Of a stretch of 64,000 bases of DNA, positions 1 through 6,641 are shown piece after piece (the first letter of the stretch is position 1; every line of letters begins with the position of its first letter). The position numbers and the translations under genes were made by a program. Under the pieces are notes generated by a model. That model saw only the letters and a program-made list of their open reading frames with translations. It did no database searches and was not told where the DNA came from. Source of the stretch: Abditibacterium sp. (GTDB taxonomy: Bacteria; Armatimonadota; Abditibacteriia; Abditibacteriales; Abditibacteriaceae); assembly GCA_965246885.1 (NCBI GenBank), contig OZ251992.1:2944001-3008000 (forward strand). The letters run 5' to 3'.

Positions 1-4
1 ACAA

Positions 5-46
5 CAAGAAGCGAGCCGTAACCCGCTTCCCGTTATCTGCTTCTTG
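5..46 (-). terminator. Possible terminator hairpin downstream of the GH16 gene
   Basis: CAAGAAGC (5-12) pairs with GCTTCTTG (39-46), with inner TAAC/GTTA pairing, just after the stop at 54; imperfect stem. Confidence 0.35.
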
Positions 47-53
47 CGATTGC

Positions 54-2603
54 TTACGCAGTTGCTCCTTTGTGGGCGGTGGGCGCTCGCGCGCTTTTGA
101 CCGACGCGGTTGGCGCCGGGGTCGGTTTTGCGGTTGGCGCCGGAGTCGCAGCGACTTTGGCAGCCACGCCCGCTTGGAGGGACAGTTGCAGCGCGTCGAG
201 GAACGATGCGTTGTCGCCGTTTGTGTTAGTGCCGAGGATGGCGAGCGTGTGGCTTCCCGTCGTAACAGTAAACGGCGCGAAACTATACGGCAGGAAGGTG
301 GTGCTCGTCGGGGTGACGGTGCCGCCGATGTTACTCCCGTCCAGTTGCAATTGCAACGGGTTGATGCCACCCCAGTTCCCGCGTTGCGCGCCTTGAAAGG
401 AAAGGACGTAGGTGCCTGAGCTGAGGGAGAGGGTTTGGGAGATGGCGCCGACGATGCCACTTTCACATTGCACGAAAGCGGTTTGAGTTCCGTCGGGCGC
501 ATTGGGGGCGCCCCACCCACTGCCGTTGTTTTGGATACCACTGCGCGAGTTGAACGTCCAACTCGCACCGTACGGAGTGTATCTGTAGTTGCCTGCGCCC
601 AGCGCGGGTTGCTCGAAGCTCCCGTTTTGCAAGATCGCGGCAGAGTTGAGCGCCACGCTGTCTATCAAGGCGGTGTTATCGCCCGCGTTCTGGCCGACGA
701 ACTTGATGGTGTGCGCGCCTGCTGTTGCCGAGAAAGAGGCGCTGGTTTGTTTGCTAAAGGCTGTAGAAGTCGGGGTGTAACTGCCGATGAGCATCGAGTC
801 GAAGTACAGCTTCACGCTTTGTTGGCCGCCCCAGTTTCCGCGTTGCGCGATTTGGAAGGAGAGGGCGTAGGTGCCCGCCGAGAAGTTGAAGGTTTGGCTG
901 AGCGTGCTGATGTTTTGAATCATCGCGGTTTGGACACCGTCGGGCGCGTTGGGAGCACCCCACGCGCTGCCGTTGTGCTGCACGCCGTTGTTAGCGTCGA
1001 ATGTCCAGCCGATTCCCGGAATGGGCGCGGGGTTGTAGATGTAAGCTGTCGTGGCGGGGACTTCAAAGCTGCCGTTCACAAGACCGCTCGCGGGTGAGGG
1101 CGTAGGCGTTGGCACAGGTGTAGCCGTTGGCACAGGTGTAGCCGTTGGCATAGGTGTAGTGGAAGGCACGAACTCTACGGCGTCTACGCCGACCCAACCA
1201 TTGGTACCCGCGTTCGATAAAATTGCGTTACCACTGTAGCCCGCTCCGAACGGGTATATGCCCATCGAAACCCAGTTGCCATTGTTGTCGCGTTCGTTGA
1301 ACGTTTTGGTGGTCGTTCCACTCGCGGAGTTGATGGTAATGGGCACGTTGGTCGCGCAATAGGAGTTTCCCGGCGAGCGCATTAGCACTTCGTAGTTACC
1401 CGCGACGGGAAAATTCGGGTTGAAGGTCGCGCTTTTAGTGCCCTTCTCGGAAAGCACGTTGCCATCGTTGCGGTAGTTCGAGTTGAACGCCACCGGATCA
1501 TATTGCAACGGCCCCCAATTGCCGCTTAGCACCACCGAAGGCGTCGCCGAATTGTCGCGGTAAGGCGCGTCATCATCGAGAACCAAACCTGCGTAGCCGG
1601 GAACTGGGTCGGTGGCGTTTGGGTTTCGGGTGTAAGCGCGCACATAATCCACATCGAGATAAGCTGGGAATACGGTGTTGGCGTCGGGCGCGCCATCCGA
1701 AGCGGATGTCCACGCGCTGCCAACGGCCAGGTTGACAATCAGTTGCATTGGCTCCTTCACGCCCGGATCGGTCGCGCCGCGCCCGATTTGAACGCCGTCT
1801 ATGTAGAAGCGCAAATCGGCGTCGTTCCACTCCAAGCCAAAGGTGTGATAACCCGCAGTGTAGTTCACGCCGGTGTTTTTTAGCGAGCGATCCCAGAACG
1901 TAGAGCCTTGGCCGATGATGCCAGCTTGATGCGTCCATTCGGGATATGATCCTTTGAACTCCAAAACGTCGATTTCGGGGGGCCAATGTTTGGCGTTGGG
2001 TAACATCCAGAACGCGGGCCACAACCCTCTGCCCGCTGGCATCTTGGCACGAACCTCAAAGTAGCCGTTTTGTTGGGCGAACTTTTGATAGGTCGTGATG
2101 ATGCCCGATGCGTAGTGGTAGTAGTTGTCGTTGGGCACGTCGGAAGCGTTGGGATCGGTCGCGGCGCTCGGATAACCGTTGCCATCCCAATACAAATCTT
2201 TCTTGTCGGCCCGAACTCGCAATGCAGAACCGGAAAACTCGAATTGGTTGTCGAGATAGACCTGCCCCTCGTAGTTGCCTTCGAGCGTGCGCGAGCCTTT
2301 GCCATCCCACATCAACTGCGTGTTCCATTTGCTTCTGTCGAGGGACGAGCCGTTGAACTCGTCCTGAAAGGTCAAAGTCCAGCCCGGTGCGGCCTGTGCC
2401 AAAACGGGTTTAGCACCGGTTGACAAAGCGAGTAAAGCAATGCCCAGTGCGAAAATTCCCGCGAAACGGGGGGCGCGAGAGCGTTCAAGAATTGGCCTTA
2501 TGGTCAGAGCGGCAGGCGACTTGCCCGGTTGGGTGGTTACTTCGTCTGGTAGAACGGCGGGCGCGAACAGGGCGGCGAGGCGCCGCAAGTGATGGTTTTT
2601 CAT
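54..2603 (-). CDS. Secreted multidomain GH16 glycoside hydrolase (GH16 + Golvesin/xanthan-lyase-type CBM-like domain + PT linker + two tandem jelly-roll CBM-like domains)
   Basis: Signal-like N-terminus ending AQA; WTLTFQDEF, GYFEVRAK, GLWPAFWML and catalytic EIDVLE motifs; two similar C-terminal domains starting LVNGSFE/LQNGSFE. Confidence 0.9.
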   Translation of the reverse strand: MKNHHLRRLAALFAPAVLPDEVTTQPGKSPAALTIRPILERSRAPRFAGIFALGIALLALSTGAKPVLAQAAPGWTLTFQDEFNGSSLDRSKWNTQLMWDGKGSRTLEGNYEGQVYLDNQFEFSGSALRVRADKKDLYWDGNGYPSAATDPNASDVPNDNYYHYASGIITTYQKFAQQNGYFEVRAKMPAGRGLWPAFWMLPNAKHWPPEIDVLEFKGSYPEWTHQAGIIGQGSTFWDRSLKNTGVNYTAGYHTFGLEWNDADLRFYIDGVQIGRGATDPGVKEPMQLIVNLAVGSAWTSASDGAPDANTVFPAYLDVDYVRAYTRNPNATDPVPGYAGLVLDDDAPYRDNSATPSVVLSGNWGPLQYDPVAFNSNYRNDGNVLSEKGTKSATFNPNFPVAGNYEVLMRSPGNSYCATNVPITINSASGTTTKTFNERDNNGNWVSMGIYPFGAGYSGNAILSNAGTNGWVGVDAVEFVPSTTPMPTATPVPTATPVPTPTPSPASGLVNGSFEVPATTAYIYNPAPIPGIGWTFDANNGVQHNGSAWGAPNAPDGVQTAMIQNISTLSQTFNFSAGTYALSFQIAQRGNWGGQQSVKLYFDSMLIGSYTPTSTAFSKQTSASFSATAGAHTIKFVGQNAGDNTALIDSVALNSAAILQNGSFEQPALGAGNYRYTPYGASWTFNSRSGIQNNGSGWGAPNAPDGTQTAFVQCESGIVGAISQTLSLSSGTYVLSFQGAQRGNWGGINPLQLQLDGSNIGGTVTPTSTTFLPYSFAPFTVTTGSHTLAILGTNTNGDNASFLDALQLSLQAGVAAKVAATPAPTAKPTPAPTASVKSARAPTAHKGATA
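1102..1155. repeat. 3 x 18-bp coding tandem repeat (PTATPV linker)
   Basis: gtaggcgttggcacaggt / gtagccgttggcacaggt / gtagccgttggcataggt. Confidence 0.9.
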
Positions 2604-2655
2604 GGTATGTCTTGGAACTCATGCGAAAGTAATGAGAATCAGACTAAAGCCGGTG

Positions 2656-2666
2656 GTGACTGTCAC
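2656..2666. promoter_or_regulatory. Palindromic operator candidate GTGAC-T-GTCAC upstream of the GH16 gene
   Basis: Identical 11-mer also at 3989-3999, upstream of the LacI gene. Confidence 0.65.
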
Positions 2667-2676
2667 ATCGGCGAGT

Positions 2677-2707
2677 AAAAAAGCGCGCGCCGCATGTGTG
2701 GCGCGCG
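2677..2707 (-). terminator. Intrinsic terminator after the LacI gene
   Basis: Minus strand reads cgcgcgcc-acacatgc-ggcgcgcg-c-TTTTTT immediately after the stop codon. Confidence 0.8.
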
Positions 2708-3769
2708 TTAATTTCGGTTGGGTGGTGCGACCGAGGCGCGCTCGACCAAACGGACGGGCACGACTTTGCAAGCATCTTCGGCAGGAGCGCCCGCGCGCAG
2801 ATCCAGCCACGATTGTACTGCCATACGCCCGACTTCGTCATAACCAAAGCCGATGCTGCTCAGGCCGCGTAGGGCCGCATTTTGTTGGTTGTCCACGCTT
2901 ACAAGGCTCAGGTCATCGGGCACGCTCACGCCTAAGGCGTCGAGGTGATCCCACAGTTGCAACGCCAAGTGGTCGTTGGCGCACATGATGCCCGTCGCGC
3001 CGCACGCGAGCAGTTGCTCGACTTCGGCGCGCGCCAAGTGCCAGTCCGGGTCGGCGGGACACAGCACGAACGGCTTTTCCAAGCCGTGCGCACCCATCTG
3101 CGAACGAAAGTGGCCGGTGCGCGCCTCGTCGTCGTAGTTGACGCGCGGGCCGGATACGTTAGCCAACAAACCGGTATGCGCCGCGAAGGTCTTGGGGCAA
3201 CTCAGGTACGCGATGCGCTCGTGCCCCGCGCGTCGCAGACATGCAAGCCCCAACTCCATAATCGCCTCGTTATCGGGGTCTACCCACGCCACGCCTTCGG
3301 GCACGTCGCGCCGATAGCACACCACCGCCGGGATGTTGTGCTTGACGAGAGTTTCAAGAGCGACTTGCCACTCGTGCACACCGGGCGAAATAAAAATGAA
3401 GCCGTCGCTTCGCCGGTCGAGAAAGCGCACTTCCTCGCGGTGCGCCATCCACTCCGCTTCGGCGCGCAGCATGATAAACAGGTCGTGCCCGTTCTGGCTG
3501 GCGCAGTCACACAGCCCCTCGAAAGTCAGGCTGTCCAACAAGTTGCGCGACGGGTTGCGGTGGTAGGGCACCATGCCGATGGTGTTGGTTTGGATCTGCC
3601 GGTTCTGCATCACCGGACGCACCGGAATATAGTTCATCTCGTTCATGACGCCCAAGACTCGATCCCAAGTGTCGTCGTTGACTTGGTGTTTGCGCCCTTG
3701 TAGGACGCGCGACACCGTCATGCGCGATACTTGGGCGCGCTCGGCGACTTGGCGGATAGTAGCTCTCAT
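2708..3769 (-). CDS. LacI-family transcriptional regulator
   Basis: N-terminal HTH TIRQVAERAQVSRMTVSRVL; C-terminal VPDDLSLVSVDN and LVERAS; start placed at ATG 3769. Confidence 0.93.
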   Translation of the reverse strand: MRATIRQVAERAQVSRMTVSRVLQGRKHQVNDDTWDRVLGVMNEMNYIPVRPVMQNRQIQTNTIGMVPYHRNPSRNLLDSLTFEGLCDCASQNGHDLFIMLRAEAEWMAHREEVRFLDRRSDGFIFISPGVHEWQVALETLVKHNIPAVVCYRRDVPEGVAWVDPDNEAIMELGLACLRRAGHERIAYLSCPKTFAAHTGLLANVSGPRVNYDDEARTGHFRSQMGAHGLEKPFVLCPADPDWHLARAEVEQLLACGATGIMCANDHLALQLWDHLDALGVSVPDDLSLVSVDNQQNAALRGLSSIGFGYDEVGRMAVQSWLDLRAGAPAEDACKVVPVRLVERASVAPPNRN

Positions 3770-3988
3770 AGGATATGCACAGGGAAGTTTGCTTGAAACC
3801 AAGGTGGGACGCTCTTACAAACCGGAAATGTTTCACATGAAAGCGGCTTTGTCGCGGAATGGGGCCAACAGTACATTCTAAACAGCCAACTGACGACGGC
3901 CTCTCCTCCAGCAAAGACCGTTGCCTCCTGCGCAGAAGTTGAACCCCATGCGAGGACAACGTGGCAGGACGCCGTTTGGGCGGTTTTT

Positions 3989-4009
3989 GTGACTGTCACT
4001 ACCATTATA
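3989..4009 (-). promoter_or_regulatory. -10 box TATAAT (4009-4004) followed 4 nt later by operator GTGACAGTCAC
   Basis: Minus strand reads TATAAT-ggta-GTGACAGTCAC; the palindrome overlaps the predicted transcription start. Confidence 0.65.
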
Positions 4010-4269
4010 CCCATCGCGCCGCCTTCTCTAACACCCGGAGCCAATTTATTTTTCTTGCGCGACCGGGGACACGCGTTCGGGGGCTTGGAAAGTGCTTGAC
4101 TTACACCGAAGGCTGGAAGCGTCCGATAACAATAAACAGAAAAGTCGCACCCATTGGCCCTCGCGGGTGCAATGAATTCGACATTTCTCGCTGGAGCGAC
4201 CTTTCACGGCGCCGATGGCGGCAGTGCTGCTGTCCACCCCGGTCTTGTAGCCGCGCGGCGTTGTGGGCG

Positions 4270-4560
4270 TCACGCCCAACACAGCATATGCGTGGCCCGG
4301 CGCTTGGATGCCGTCGGTGATTTTGGCGGCGGCGGCGGACAACGCGCCAAACGAGTAAAAGCCCTCTTGTAAACGGAATCCGGGTTGCGCGGCAAATACA
4401 CGGCATCGGGCGGCGCAATCTGCGCCACGTTCCCGATGGCGGCTTGCATGGGCGCCCCGCTCGTGTTTGCGATGGTCTGGCGCACGAGGAACTCCCCGTT
4501 ACCAAAGCCGAACTCGCGCGTGACTTGCACGCCAAAGCCGCGCCATGCCCGTCCCGTCAC
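4270..4560 (-). pseudogene. Fragment of a DUF4380/aldose-epimerase-like gene
   Basis: GVQVTREF...LVRQTIAN...VAQIAPPDAVYLPRNPDSVYK resembles this family from memory; short, with no proper start or end. Confidence 0.4.
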
Positions 4561-4623
4561 GCGCAGCAGGAACCCGCCGCGCCCATCGAGACGCTCGACT
4601 TTCGCGGCGGGAGGCGGGAGGCG

Positions 4624-5124
4624 TCAGCCGCCGTGAAACGGCTCGTAGTGGAAAGCGGCTTCTTCGTAGATGTCCGACAGATTCCACACGAGCGAGCCTT
4701 GCACCAAAGGTTCCAGTTCGGTCATCCTTTTGGCGACGAAAGGCGCGTTGTTGACCTCGTCGTGATTCCACGCGAACAGTTCCACCGAGGAGTTCCACTC
4801 GCCGATAAAAACCGGAAACTGCGGCCCCAACGCCGCGTCCACTTCAGCGCGCACGCGCTCGAAGAGTTGGCGCATGATGTTCGAGTTTTGCGGCGTCACG
4901 TCCCCCCGCTGCGCCTTCGAGATACGCCAAGTCCAAGGGGTAAGCGTGGGTGGAAATAAGTCGCAGCGCGAAACACCGACGAGCGGGAAGTTCTCACTGG
5001 GCGTTTGGATATGGCGCAAAAAGGGAGCGATCCACGCGGTTTTGCTGGTCGCGGGGCCACCGACGCGAAAGGCGCCGTCCACTTCTTTGAGCGCGCGCTG
5101 CGAGGTCGTATAGACGACCTGCAC
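4624..5124 (-). pseudogene. Internal fragment of a GH39 beta-xylosidase
   Basis: RVGGPAT, FIGEWNSS (nucleophile region), WNLSDIYEE..PFHGG; lacks the N-terminal NEP region, stops prematurely, and carries frameshifts around ISTHAYP. Confidence 0.8.
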
Positions 5125-5134
5125 GACTGGGTAG

Positions 5135-5656
5135 CCTATCGCGTGCGCCGACGCTCTCCAACTTCAGCAGGACGCGTTGGAGCGGTGCCGGAAAGCGAGG
5201 AGGGAAAATCAGGCGAAGGTTGACCGTCTGCTCGAAAGCGTGGCTTCGGGAGAAGTGACGGGGCCGTTGCTGGCGATGTTGAGCGGCAAAGCGAGCGAAC
5301 TTCAGCGCGAGGGCGAGCGCCTCAAAATTGAGGAGCGGGGGTTGGAACGCGCCCTTTTGCCTGTCAGCACCCGCTTGGATGTGGAGATGCTACGCAAAAC
5401 GCTTGGCGACTTTGACGCTCTGTGGGAGGCAGCGACGCCGGAGGAGGTGCAGAGGCTGGTGCGGGTTCTGGTGCACCGCATCGAGTGGCAACCGGACGCA
5501 GACAAGCAAACGATTGAGTTCTACACGTCCGCACAAAAGCAGAACCAGCCGTCCTCACGGGAGAACGGCTGGTTAGAAAGTGACAGACTGGGAAGCTGCC
5601 CCTGCCGGATTCGAACCAGCGACCCACCGATTAACAGTCGGTTGCTCTACCGCTGA
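5135..5656 (+). pseudogene. C-terminal remnant of a large serine recombinase/integrase
   Basis: Coiled coil followed by FDALWEAATPEEVQRLVRVLVHRIEW, typical of LSR C-termini; no catalytic domain (in-frame TAG at 5132); frame runs antisense into the tRNA. Confidence 0.7.
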
Positions 5657-5667
5657 GCTAAGGGGCA
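5596..5667 (-). tRNA. tRNA-Asn (GTT), CCA not encoded
   Basis: TGCCCCT-TA-GCTC-AGCGGTA-GAGC-A-ACCGA-CT-GTT-AA-TCGGT-GGGTC-GCTGG-TTCGAAT-CCGGC-AGGGGCA-G; full cloverleaf. Confidence 0.97.
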
Positions 5668-5698
5668 AATGCGCCGCTCCAGCGAGAGCGGCCAAGAG

Positions 5699-5738
5699 AT
5701 ATTACCGCATTGACACCCGTCTCGTCAACTCGCAAAAT
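5699..5738. promoter_or_regulatory. Overlapping divergent sigma70-type promoters (tRNA-Asn and GT2 gene)
   Basis: Plus strand TTGACA(5710)-17-CAAAAT(5733); minus strand TTGACG(5728)-18-TAATAT(5704). Confidence 0.55.
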
Positions 5739-6491
5739 ATGCCGGTGTCCGAATTACCCGCCGTATCCGCCATCATCCCGACTTTGAACGAGGCGGCGCG
5801 CATCGAGCGGCTTGTGCTTGCGCTTCAAGCGCAAGTGTACCCTCCGTGCGAGATTTTGGTCTGCGACGGCGACTCCTCTGACGGAACGGGCCGCATTGCC
5901 GCCGCGACTGGGGCGACGGTGCTGGCCTGCCCGCGCGGAGTTTCCAAGCAACGCAATATCGGCGCGCGGGCGGCGGCGGGCGAACTGCTGGTGTTTCTGG
6001 ATGCCGACGACCTGCCCTCGCCGCACTTCTTGAAAAGCGTCGCCCACTCCTACCGGCGCTGGCCCTTTGCTGTTGCCTGCCCTTGGTTGGTCGTACGCGA
6101 TGAGGGGCGCGTCGTCGCGGGAATCTATTTTGGCTTTAACCTCGCGTTTTGGTTGGGGCAGTCATGGCTACGCACCGGGTCGGGCGTGTGTTTGATTGCG
6201 CCGCGCGCGAAGTTCCTCGCGGCGGGCGGGTTCGATGAAACCATGCACTTGGGCGAGGACGTGCGCCTCATTCGCGCGCTGTGCCCGCGCTTTGGGTGGC
6301 ATCGCCATTTGCTCATTCCCCTCGAAACATCGGGGCGGCGCTTCGCGCGCGATGGCGTTTGGCGCCTCCTGCTGTTCTACGCCCTCATTTCGCCCCTCAC
6401 GCTCCTCGGTCTGTGGGGGCCGTTGCAACGCCTCACATATAAGCCCCTCTCGGACGGCTCAAACGACGGCGGCGACTCCCCGGCGGACTGA
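5739..6491 (+). CDS. Glycosyltransferase family 2 (true start may be GTG 5745)
   Basis: SAIIPTLNE, DGDSSDGT, RNIGA, FLDADD, GGFDE, GEDV. Confidence 0.9.
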   Translation: MPVSELPAVSAIIPTLNEAARIERLVLALQAQVYPPCEILVCDGDSSDGTGRIAAATGATVLACPRGVSKQRNIGARAAAGELLVFLDADDLPSPHFLKSVAHSYRRWPFAVACPWLVVRDEGRVVAGIYFGFNLAFWLGQSWLRTGSGVCLIAPRAKFLAAGGFDETMHLGEDVRLIRALCPRFGWHRHLLIPLETSGRRFARDGVWRLLLFYALISPLTLLGLWGPLQRLTYKPLSDGSNDGGDSPAD

Positions 6492-6523
6492 CGGCGACCA
6501 ATCACCGCCTGCACTCTTGCGCC

Positions 6524-6621
6524 GACAGACGTCTGCCACTGAATCACAAACGTGCGCCACTGGCCGACAGACATCTGGGAATCATTCCCAGACGTCTGTC
6601 ACTGAACCACAGACGTCTGTC
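6524..6621. repeat. 21-bp-period tandem array A, core ACAGACGTCTGT
   Basis: Units start at 6525, 6546, 6567, 6588 and 6609; lies between convergent genes. Confidence 0.85.
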
Positions 6622-6641
6622 CTCCGAAGAACGCCGTTGGG

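Noticed and set aside
4171..4310. Possible decayed signal-peptide-coding gene start on the plus strand
   Set aside because: It needs a frameshift and a stop read-through to assemble, and no family can be assigned
5580..5738. N-terminal extension of the GT2 ORF in the track
   Set aside because: It overlaps the tRNA-Asn gene; homology begins near 5739-5745
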